Assembly (NCBI GenBank): GCA_015654535.1 | Contig: JAATGU010000120.1 | Coordinates: 34,515 to 98,514 of the forward strand | Length of the DNA stretch: 64,000 bases | Origin: Bacteroidales bacterium | Lineage (GTDB): Bacteria > Bacteroidota > Bacteroidia > Bacteroidales > Bacteroidaceae | Reading direction: 5' to 3' | Shown: one piece after another, positions 49,583 to 58,449 of the stretch | Layout of the letters: each line of letters begins with the position of its first letter | Numbering within the stretch: position 1 is the first letter of the stretch | Notes under the pieces: model-generated | The model's input: the letters and a program-made list of their open reading frames with translations, nothing else | Told to the model about the DNA's origin: nothing | Database searches by the model: none | Translations under genes and position numbers: made by a program

Positions 49583-51838
49583 TTAATTGCATGTATTTGC
49601 AATTTTTTCCAGTAGATGAATATTTTCCTCTTCCCCTACTACCCATACCAGGTCTCTGATCTGAAAAATTGTATAAATATCGGGATTCATTAAAGAATGA
49701 TTATCGCGTTCAATGCCGATAACCAAAAAACCTGTTGCTTCACGTATACCTGAATCAAGAATACTATGGCCTATTAAACGAGAGTTTTCTTCTATAGTAA
49801 ACGAGCGTAAAGTCATCTCTTTTTGAAACGAGTCAGAATATTCGTTAACAGATTTTTCTATTTTATTCATAAAATGATTAATTTGTTCATCCGTTCCCAA
49901 GACAACCAATTTATCTTGTGGGTAAATAAATTCAGCGCCACCAGGCAGATTGATCTGTTTACTTCCTCTCAAAATTTTAACTACATTTATACCAAAGTCT
50001 TTCTTAAAAGAAGAAGTGGCCAATGTCTTTCCTACATAAAATGAATCTGCTGATACGGTAATCTTTGACAAATGAATATCTTGATTAAAAAGATGAGTCT
50101 CCAAGCCTGTGGTCAAAGGTTTATTTTTTCTATCCTCTTCTTTATGATTCAGATTCTCAAAAAAACGAGCTTCCATTTTTGAATGCCGTCTCAAAAGTTT
50201 ACGAAGGATAAAAACCATTAAAACTACGATCAAAGCTATAATTATCACTACGAGATAATTAAAATCAAATAATTTGAAAAGAACTATACATACAAAAAAA
50301 ACAGCTACAGAAATCTGAAAAAGAATAAGAGATACTAACCCTCCTCTGTTGAATTTATTATCGTTCCAAAGTTTCTGAAATAATTCAGAAAAGACTCCTT
50401 TATCCAATAAACCGTGCAAAAAAGGAATCATAGCAAGAATAGTGATTATTGCACAAAATAGAACAGCTATTAATTCTGAAAAATTTGCCAAAAGAAATGG
50501 CAATAACAAATTAAACGATGCAAGTATAATGGCTGTCAGCATTACCGAATACATCAATATCCTGAGAGATATACTCTTCAATAGTGCTTTCCATTCACTC
50601 TCGTGATTCACGGTTTTAGAACCAGACGAATAACGTTCTATGGCGTCAAGTACACGTTTAGGCAAATGACGGGAAAGCCAAAGGTAAAATGGCTCCGATA
50701 TACGGATAAAATAGGGAGTAGTAAAAGTTGTAATAACAGATACTGCTACAATGATAGGATAAATAAATTCACTGATAACTCCCAGACTATAACCTAATGA
50801 AGCAATAATAAAAGCAAATTCTCCTATTTGAGCCAGGCTAAAGCCAGATTGAATAGAGATTTTTAGTGATTTTCCGGATAATAAGACTCCAAACGAAGAA
50901 AAAAGAGACTTTCCTATGATGGTGACCAAAGAAATCACAAGAACAGGAACAGCATATTTGTATAATACTTCAGGATCAACCATCATCCCAACAGAAACAA
51001 AAAACACTGCACCGAAAAAATCTTTTAAACCTTTAATTAAATGTTCTATTCGTTTGCCCTCTATGGTTTCCGCCAATATAGAACCCATAATAAATGCTCC
51101 GAGTGCTGCGGAAAAACCTGTATACGTAGCCAACACCACCATTCCAAGACATAATCCCAAGGCAATTATTAACAGAGTCTCATCATTCATCAACGGTTTA
51201 ACTTTCTTAAGGAAAGAAGGTAGAATATAGATTCCCACCAAAAACCAAAGAATAAGAAAAAATCCCAATTTCAATAAACTGCCAACCATTGCTTCCCCTA
51301 CAAAATGTTGACTTACAGACAAAGTGGAAAGCATTACCATCATTAAAATAGCAACCAAATCTTCCACTACCAACGTACCAAATACAATACTGGTAAATTT
51401 TTGATTCCTGAGACCTAAATCATCAAAGGCTTTAATAATAATTGTAGTGGAAGACATGGACAACATGCCTCCTAAAAAAAGACTGTCCATCGTTGTCCAG
51501 CCCAGTATTTGCCCCAACGAAAAGCCTATTAAAAGCATACATATCACTTCCGTGATAGCAGTGATTAAAGCAGAGCTTCCCACATTCACCAATTTTTTAA
51601 AACTAAATTCCAATCCCAGAGAAAAGAGTAAGAAAACAACGCCGATTTCCGCCCATATAGTAATACTCTCCGAATCAGCTACAGTAGGAAACAGATGGAA
51701 ATAAGGACCGGCAAGTACCCCTGCTACAATATAACCTAAAACCAAAGGTTGTTTTAGCCATTTAAATATGAGAGTTGTGATTCCGGCGGAAATAAGAATT
51801 AAAGCCAGATCTGTTATTAAACCAGGCAAATGTGACAT
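49583..51838 (-). CDS. CPA2 cation:proton antiporter with two C-terminal RCK_C (TrkA-C) domains
   Basis: Motifs GVVFLLFSLGLEFS, SSTTIIIK, LVVEDL and LAQIGEFAFII. Confidence 0.9.
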   Translation of the reverse strand: MSHLPGLITDLALILISAGITTLIFKWLKQPLVLGYIVAGVLAGPYFHLFPTVADSESITIWAEIGVVFLLFSLGLEFSFKKLVNVGSSALITAITEVICMLLIGFSLGQILGWTTMDSLFLGGMLSMSSTTIIIKAFDDLGLRNQKFTSIVFGTLVVEDLVAILMMVMLSTLSVSQHFVGEAMVGSLLKLGFFLILWFLVGIYILPSFLKKVKPLMNDETLLIIALGLCLGMVVLATYTGFSAALGAFIMGSILAETIEGKRIEHLIKGLKDFFGAVFFVSVGMMVDPEVLYKYAVPVLVISLVTIIGKSLFSSFGVLLSGKSLKISIQSGFSLAQIGEFAFIIASLGYSLGVISEFIYPIIVAVSVITTFTTPYFIRISEPFYLWLSRHLPKRVLDAIERYSSGSKTVNHESEWKALLKSISLRILMYSVMLTAIILASFNLLLPFLLANFSELIAVLFCAIITILAMIPFLHGLLDKGVFSELFQKLWNDNKFNRGGLVSLILFQISVAVFFVCIVLFKLFDFNYLVVIIIALIVVLMVFILRKLLRRHSKMEARFFENLNHKEEDRKNKPLTTGLETHLFNQDIHLSKITVSADSFYVGKTLATSSFKKDFGINVVKILRGSKQINLPGGAEFIYPQDKLVVLGTDEQINHFMNKIEKSVNEYSDSFQKEMTLRSFTIEENSRLIGHSILDSGIREATGFLVIGIERDNHSLMNPDIYTIFQIRDLVWVVGEEENIHLLEKIANTCN

Positions 51839-51946
51839 AAATTAAATATAATTTGGGTATTTCTCTTTAAACAAAAAAATATATTACCTTGTTCACAAAA
51901 AAATAATTTTAGTACCTTAGCAAACTAATGATAAAACAAACAAATT

Positions 51947-52990
51947 ATGAAGCAAATTAATGCAGCCTTACTCTCTTTCGGAATGAGTGGAAGAGTATTT
52001 CATGCACCCTTCATTCATTTGCATGAAGGATTTCACCTAGCAGGTGCATGGGAAAGAAGTAAAAAGAAAATAAGGGAAATCTATCCCGATGTTCAATCTT
52101 ACGATTCACTGGAAACGATACTGAAGGATGATTCCATTGATCTTGTGATAGTAAACACACCCACCTATACTCATTTCGGCTACGCTTCCCAAGCTTTACA
52201 AGCAGGAAAAAATGTAGTGGTGGAGAAAGCCTTTACCACAACAGTAGCCGAGGCCGAAGCTTTGAAAGTTCTGGCCATGCAACATCATAAGCAAATTGCA
52301 GTCTTTCAGAACCGTCGTTGGGATAGTGACTTTAAAACAGTAAAGCAAGTGATTGACAGTAGAATTATTGGTGAACTAAATGAAATGGAAATACATTATG
52401 AGCGCTATAATATGCAATTGAGCCCAAAGAAACATAAAGAAAGTCCAAATGCTGGCGCAGGTATCTTGAAAGATCTAGGGCCACACGCAATTGACCAAGC
52501 CCTTTATCTTTTCGGAATGCCACAAGCTGTATTTGCCGATGTACGCATTACCCGACCCACTTCGCTAGTAGACGACTATTTTGATATTCTTCTTTATTAC
52601 CCTAGCCTCAGAGTCCGGGTAAAAGGAGGATACATTGTGAAAGAGGCCCTGCCTGCCTATATTGTTCACGGAACAAAAGGTTCTTTCTTAAAATCCCGTG
52701 CAGACGTACAAGAAGCCAATCTTCAAAAAGGACTTTCACCTAATATTGCCTCCTGGGGAATAGAACCAGAATCCGAAAAAGGGCTAATCAATTATGAAAA
52801 AAACGGGACGAACATCCGTACTAAGATCCAAACTTTGCAAGGCAACTATATTGAATTCTACAATGGCGTTTATTCCGCTTTGACGCAAAATAACCCAATG
52901 CCTGTTACTGTAGATGATGGAATACGAGTGATGAGAATTATTGAATCCGCCTTCAAGAGCAATAAGGAGAAAAGAGTGATAGAATTATAA
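51947..52990 (+). CDS. Gfo/Idh/MocA family oxidoreductase
   Basis: Motifs SFGMSG, VVEKAF, FQNRRWDSDF and DLGPHAIDQ. Confidence 0.9.
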   Translation: MKQINAALLSFGMSGRVFHAPFIHLHEGFHLAGAWERSKKKIREIYPDVQSYDSLETILKDDSIDLVIVNTPTYTHFGYASQALQAGKNVVVEKAFTTTVAEAEALKVLAMQHHKQIAVFQNRRWDSDFKTVKQVIDSRIIGELNEMEIHYERYNMQLSPKKHKESPNAGAGILKDLGPHAIDQALYLFGMPQAVFADVRITRPTSLVDDYFDILLYYPSLRVRVKGGYIVKEALPAYIVHGTKGSFLKSRADVQEANLQKGLSPNIASWGIEPESEKGLINYEKNGTNIRTKIQTLQGNYIEFYNGVYSALTQNNPMPVTVDDGIRVMRIIESAFKSNKEKRVIEL

Positions 52991-53016
52991 AAACATTATT
53001 CCATCATAACCTTTTT

Positions 53017-53610
53017 TCAAAAATGAGACAGGAATGAGTGGATTAACGAAGGTTGCAGCAGTAGGGGAAAGATAAAACCATATACCGCCCCGTAAAAGTG
53101 TGCGTTATGATTAATGTTGTCCCCTGTCTGTTTGGCCATATACTGACAGTAAATCAAATAAAGTACACCAAATATAATTCCTGGTATAGGAACGATGGCA
53201 AACAATAATATTTTTCCAAAAGGGTCAAAGAATATAGAAGTAAACAGTACTGCCGAGATAGCCCCGGAAGCTCCGATCGACGCATAATACGGATCATTCC
53301 GTCGTTTTATCAAATCATAAAGCGAAGCTGCAATCATCCCTCCAAAATAAAGAGCCAGATAACCTCCTATACCAAATCCCAGGTATTGAAAACCTTCTTC
53401 TATATAAGTTCCGAACGACCAGTAAGTAAACATATTCACGAAGAGGTGTGTCATGTCAGCATGTACAAATCCATGAGTAATAAAGCGATACCATTCATTC
53501 GACTTCATTATCCGGTAGGGATTAAACGATAGCCTATCAAACAATACCTTATTATTGAAGCAGAGAAAAGAGACAATCACGGTTATGCCAATAATGATAT
53601 ATGTAATCAT
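53017..53610 (-). CDS. Rhomboid-family intramembrane serine protease
   Basis: Motifs HGFVHAD..HLFVNM, GASG and NAHFYG. Confidence 0.92.
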   Translation of the reverse strand: MITYIIIGITVIVSFLCFNNKVLFDRLSFNPYRIMKSNEWYRFITHGFVHADMTHLFVNMFTYWSFGTYIEEGFQYLGFGIGGYLALYFGGMIAASLYDLIKRRNDPYYASIGASGAISAVLFTSIFFDPFGKILLFAIVPIPGIIFGVLYLIYCQYMAKQTGDNINHNAHFYGAVYGFIFPLLLQPSLIHSFLSHF

Positions 53611-53677
53611 ATTTTTTATTTTTGTTTAGCCAGCAAATGTAGTGAATATTTATAAAAAGAATGCTATTTAGTACCGC

Positions 53678-54190
53678 TTATTTCTCCACCTCATAAACCA
53701 CAAACTCTCTCCCGTTCTCAGCCACACCCGAACTGAACAAATTCATCCCAACACTTTCCGCAACTTTTATGGAAGCAACGTTCTCTTTATAGATCCTTGC
53801 TACAACTTTATCTGTAATTAGATGATCAAAACAATAATACAGCAAAGACTTGCAAAGTTCTTTACCATAGCCGTGTCTCCAATAAAGACAATCAATAATA
53901 TAACCGATCTCTATTTTATCTTCCTCATCGAAAGACTCAAATATACCAGCCTCTCCTATTATCTTACCTGTTGATTTCAGTTCCACGAAATAAATGCCAT
54001 AACCATTATTATCACTATTGCATTTATTGATTTTTTGTAACAGCTCATCATGAGTCCATTTACTTTTCCCGCCCGAGATATATTTCATGTTATTGGACTT
54101 GTTATAAATCCGAAGTAGTTCTTTTAATTGCGGGCTAGAGGTTTCTATTGTTTTTATCGTCAGTCGATCAGTTTCCCAAACTTTTTCCAT
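53678..54190 (-). CDS. GNAT (RimJ/RimL-like) N-acetyltransferase
   Basis: Motifs ETDRL, EIGYII...YWRHGYGKE and NVASIKVAESVG. Start ATG 54190. Confidence 0.85.
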   Translation of the reverse strand: MEKVWETDRLTIKTIETSSPQLKELLRIYNKSNNMKYISGGKSKWTHDELLQKINKCNSDNNGYGIYFVELKSTGKIIGEAGIFESFDEEDKIEIGYIIDCLYWRHGYGKELCKSLLYYCFDHLITDKVVARIYKENVASIKVAESVGMNLFSSGVAENGREFVVYEVEK

Positions 54191-54343
54191 TTTCAATATA
54201 TTCCAAAACTTATTTATTATATTGCTTTTATTCTTTACAAAGATAATATACATAAATGTATAATACAACTTTGTATAAAAATGCGTATCAATAATTATAT
54301 AAAAGTACTAAAGAACTTATATTTTTATTGACGATATAAGAAT

Positions 54344-55120
54344 TTATTCCATTATTGCATTATTTGTATCCGAATTTACAATCCATTTTTTAAATTCAGC
54401 AGCTTTATTCCTGCTTACATAAATACGTTCCGGAACAGGTATATCCAAAGAAAGAAGTAAACGACTGTCAAACCAGACAGTAATATCTTCTACAGCCTCT
54501 TTAGCAATAATAAATTGTTTGTTCGCCCGAAAAAAAATAGCTGGATTTAGAGTTTGGAAAATATTATCCAATGTCTTATTGTAAGTATATATATGCCCGT
54601 CTTTGAGCATCACCTGAGTTCTGTCCATGCTTGTATAGAAGCAAGAAACCTCTTTTAATTTTACTGGAATAAGTTTATCATTTACCGAGATAAGTATTTT
54701 TTCAACATATTCAGCAGAAGATACAATCCGAGTCAATTGAGCAATATATTGAAGGGTTTCCTGATGTGTCAATTTGTGGAATTTATCCAAAGCCCGCCTA
54801 ACCTCATGTATATCTGTTGGTTTGAGCAAATAGTCGATGCTGTTAACCTTAAATGCATCAATGGCATATTCATCATATGCCGTTATAAAAATAATAGGGA
54901 CTTCTACTGTTGTACAGCTGAATATATTAAAGGCCGAACCATCGGATAAATGAATATCCATAAAAATTAAATCGGGTACAGGATTCGATTGAAGCCAGTC
55001 AATAGTCTGAGACACACTTTCTGTATTCCCCATTATGTTTATAGCAAGGTCTATTTCCATAAGGATGTCTCTCAAATTAATATAAGCAGCAGTTTCATCT
55101 TCTACAATCAATACTTTCAT
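54344..55120 (-). CDS. LytTR-family response regulator
   Basis: MKVLIVEDE, FMDIHLSDG, DYLLKP and FFRANKQFII. Confidence 0.92.
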   Translation of the reverse strand: MKVLIVEDETAAYINLRDILMEIDLAINIMGNTESVSQTIDWLQSNPVPDLIFMDIHLSDGSAFNIFSCTTVEVPIIFITAYDEYAIDAFKVNSIDYLLKPTDIHEVRRALDKFHKLTHQETLQYIAQLTRIVSSAEYVEKILISVNDKLIPVKLKEVSCFYTSMDRTQVMLKDGHIYTYNKTLDNIFQTLNPAIFFRANKQFIIAKEAVEDITVWFDSRLLLSLDIPVPERIYVSRNKAAEFKKWIVNSDTNNAIME

Positions 55121-56148
55121 ACAGTTTCTTCTATTAAAGGCAAATAAACACAAAATACACCATTTTCTTTTTCAATCCTTATTTGTTTGTTTTGTAACAA
55201 TGCAAAGCGACTGGCCAAATTTGTAAGGCCGACACCTGTTTTAGTAATAACATACGTTTTCTCTCGAATTGGATTTGACACAACAAGTTCGAACCCTTCA
55301 TTTAAGGATACAGAGACGACCATGAAGTGTTCACTGTCAATCACATTATGTTTTATTACATTTTCTATTAATGGAAGAAGCGAAAGGACTGGAATTTTCA
55401 AATGACGTTCTTTCTCATCTATCGTAATCTGAAATGAAATCTTATTCGCATAACGAACTTCTATCAAATAGCGATAAGCATCCAAAAACTGAAGTTCATC
55501 ATTCAGCGTTACTAAACCCTTTTTTTCACTTTGCAGAATATAACGAAATACGCCCGACAGTTTATTGATATACTCTAGTGTGCGCTCCTTCTGATTACAA
55601 CGTACCAGCGCAGTTAAACTATTAAGTGAATTAAAAAAGAAATGAGGATTTATTTGATTTGACAATGCCTCATAACGACTTTGCAAAGTTTCCATTTTCA
55701 GTTGCTCATTCTCTTGTTCTATTTTTAACTGGCGTAATGAAAGTATATAAATGTGCCCTGCCAGTGTACTGATAATCCAAGCTATCACAAACTGCAATAC
55801 CAACATTCCACTGAAACAGTCCATAAATCGGTTGATGGCGTAAGCAATTCCTCCGTAAAATGCATAAGCTAATACAGAAAGGAAAAAGGTTTTTTGCAAG
55901 CGATCCGGCAAGCTGTTATTAGAGAGATAATAAATATTAACTGTAAGCAGCCCCCACGAAACAAACCAAAAAAACAAAAAGCGATAAACAAAATATCCTA
56001 TTAACAAAGGCACACATGTGGATGGTTCTGCACAATTCAATAAATCATGAATCAAACAACTTATATTAGGATAAATAATAATCGCCCCTAGAATTAATCC
56101 TCCGAAGAAAACTACTTTGCGAGGGGTTAGTGAATCAGTCAGTTTCAT
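55117..56148 (-). CDS. LytS/YehU-type membrane sensor kinase
   Basis: Four predicted transmembrane segments, QINPHFFFNSLN, ENVIKHN and GVGL. ATGA overlap with the regulator. Confidence 0.9.
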   Translation of the reverse strand: MKLTDSLTPRKVVFFGGLILGAIIIYPNISCLIHDLLNCAEPSTCVPLLIGYFVYRFLFFWFVSWGLLTVNIYYLSNNSLPDRLQKTFFLSVLAYAFYGGIAYAINRFMDCFSGMLVLQFVIAWIISTLAGHIYILSLRQLKIEQENEQLKMETLQSRYEALSNQINPHFFFNSLNSLTALVRCNQKERTLEYINKLSGVFRYILQSEKKGLVTLNDELQFLDAYRYLIEVRYANKISFQITIDEKERHLKIPVLSLLPLIENVIKHNVIDSEHFMVVSVSLNEGFELVVSNPIREKTYVITKTGVGLTNLASRFALLQNKQIRIEKENGVFCVYLPLIEETV

Positions 56149-56379
56149 AAGAATTACTTTTTTGCAAAGATAAGAGTTTGATTTGTATTTATTTGTATGA
56201 ACATAAAGCTTATCATTTCCTTATTTTTCGTCTTTACCTTGTTTTTTTTCGTTTTAACCGAATAAGCCCATAAATAAAAAATAAAATCACTATTATTGTA
56301 CTCAAAATAATGAAATACATGAAAGTGATAATATTCAAAAGAAGTTTGAATGAAAATTATTCATGTAAGAGCAAAAATT

Positions 56380-57501
56380 ATGGAAGCATCAAAAGTTTAT
56401 TTCACAAACCTACGGACGGACCCAACGAGTAATTTATTGGATAAAATGGAACGCTTAGTAAAAAAGGCGGGGATATCCACTATTGATTTTAGCAACCATT
56501 TTGCTGCGATAAAAATACATTTCGGTGAACCCGGAAATGTAGCTTATATCCGTCCAAATTACGCTGCACGTTTGGCCAATTTACTACGTTCTCTAGGAGC
56601 AAAACCTTTTCTTACGGATTCAAATACATTATATTCTGGCCGTCGGTCCAATGCGGTAGATCATTTACAAAGTGCAATGGAAAATGGATTTAACCCTATC
56701 TCTGCCCAATGTCAAGTAATCATTGCGGATGGATTAAAGGGGACCGAATATCGTGAAATCGAGATTAACGGGCAATATTGCAAGGCTCCTAAAATAGGAG
56801 CTGCCATTGCCGATGCAGATATCATCATTTCAATGAACCATTTTAAAGGACATGAGCAAACTGGATTTGGTGGGGCATTAAAAAACCTCGGTATGGGATG
56901 TGCCAGTGTAGGAGGAAAGATGGAATTGCATTCTGCTTCACAACCATCTATCAATAAAGAAAACTGTAAAAGTTGTGGCATCTGCGTAAAGCATTGTGCA
57001 CATGATGCAATCCATTTGAATGAAGCTCACAAAGCTGAAATTGATTATATCAAGTGTGTGGGATGTGGACAATGTATTGCCCTTTGTCAGTATAATGCTG
57101 CTGTCATCGGAGAAAATGATACGGCTGACCATGTAAGCTATAAAATAGCCGAATATACTAAGGCTGTAATAAAAGATAAACCCAATTTCCATATTAGCTT
57201 TATTATGAATGTGTCGCCTGAATGTGACTGCTGGAATCACAATGATGCAGCTATTGTTCCGGATTTGGGTATATTGGCTTCATTTGATCCTGTAGCGTTG
57301 GACAAAGCCTGTGCAGATATGGTAATCAATGCCCCAGTGGTGAGTGTTAATAACAAATTAACGCAAGATAATTCTAACGCACATCTGGAAGGCGTAGATA
57401 AATTCCATTTACTTCATCCAGACACAAATTGGCTGGCTGGATTAAAGTATGCCGAATTGATAGGAATAGGAACCATGAATTATGAATTAATCAATATCTG
57501 A
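56380..57501 (+). CDS. Cytoplasmic DUF362-domain protein with an inserted 2x[4Fe-4S] ferredoxin
   Basis: Motifs KIHFGE, HFKGH...GGALKNLGMGC, CKSCGIC...C, CVGCGQC...C, ECDC and DPVALD. Confidence 0.85.
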   Translation: MEASKVYFTNLRTDPTSNLLDKMERLVKKAGISTIDFSNHFAAIKIHFGEPGNVAYIRPNYAARLANLLRSLGAKPFLTDSNTLYSGRRSNAVDHLQSAMENGFNPISAQCQVIIADGLKGTEYREIEINGQYCKAPKIGAAIADADIIISMNHFKGHEQTGFGGALKNLGMGCASVGGKMELHSASQPSINKENCKSCGICVKHCAHDAIHLNEAHKAEIDYIKCVGCGQCIALCQYNAAVIGENDTADHVSYKIAEYTKAVIKDKPNFHISFIMNVSPECDCWNHNDAAIVPDLGILASFDPVALDKACADMVINAPVVSVNNKLTQDNSNAHLEGVDKFHLLHPDTNWLAGLKYAELIGIGTMNYELINI

Positions 57502-57525
57502 AAACAAATAAAAAAATAATTAATT

Positions 57526-58035
57526 ATGGAAAGAACAGTAAAACTTTATTCATTGGCATATAGTAATGTAAATACTTATTTATTTGCTTTACTATTTATT
57601 GCAGGAAACGTTGCATTACCTCAGTTGTGCCACTTAATCCCCGGAGGCGGTCCAATGCTGCTGCCGATCTATTTTTTCACCTTGATTGCCACTTACAAAT
57701 ACGGTCTACGAGTAGGACTACTGACTGCCATCCTTTCGCCATTAGTCAATAGTGCCCTGTTTGGCATGCCCACCGTTGCCGTCCTTCCCTCTATTCTTAT
57801 TAAATCAGGGCTACTGGCATTGATTGGTGCCTATATTGCCCATCGTACCGGAAAAGTTTCAATAGCAGCACTTTTTATCATCGTGTTAGCTTATCAACTC
57901 ATTGGTTGCGCGTATGAATGGATGGTTGTGAAAGATTTCTTTATTGCTGTACAAGATTTCCGCATTGGTATCCCTGGTATGTTTCTTCAAATATTTGGTG
58001 GATACGGAGTATTAAAAGCCATTGCTAAAATCTAA
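57526..58035 (+). CDS. ECF-transporter S-component-like membrane protein
   Basis: 169 aa, about 5-6 transmembrane segments, GPMLLPIYFFTL and PGMFLQ motifs as recalled for S components. Confidence 0.65.
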   Translation: MERTVKLYSLAYSNVNTYLFALLFIAGNVALPQLCHLIPGGGPMLLPIYFFTLIATYKYGLRVGLLTAILSPLVNSALFGMPTVAVLPSILIKSGLLALIGAYIAHRTGKVSIAALFIIVLAYQLIGCAYEWMVVKDFFIAVQDFRIGIPGMFLQIFGGYGVLKAIAKI

Positions 58036-58041
58036 ATAAAT

Positions 58042-58440
58042 ATGATAGAAAAGACATTTAACGAAATCATGGACCGGTTTCGTGAAATAACGTTTCAAGA
58101 AGATTTTGATATGATTGTTGCCATAGCTAACGGAGGAATAATTCCTGCGGCAATCCTTAATCAGCGATTGGGCGTAGGCATTCATTTGTTGAAAATAAAT
58201 TTTCGTGATGCCAATCAAAAACCTAGTTATGCTCAACCGCATTTATTGGCTCCCATTGATTTTGAATTTAAAGGCAAAACAATTCTTTTGGTGGAAGACC
58301 GGATTAAAACAGGTGCAACCATTGATTTTGCCTACGATTTGTTACAAGGAGCAAAGTTGATAAAAACATTCGCTGTAAACGGCAATGCTAATTACGCTTT
58401 GTATAATGAAGCATGTTTTAAATTTCCTTGGATCATTTAA
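58042..58440 (+). CDS. Type I phosphoribosyltransferase
   Basis: PPi loop VAIANGG and PRPP-binding loop ILLVEDRIKTGAT. Confidence 0.85.
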   Translation: MIEKTFNEIMDRFREITFQEDFDMIVAIANGGIIPAAILNQRLGVGIHLLKINFRDANQKPSYAQPHLLAPIDFEFKGKTILLVEDRIKTGATIDFAYDLLQGAKLIKTFAVNGNANYALYNEACFKFPWII

Positions 58441-58449
58441 GTGGATTGC

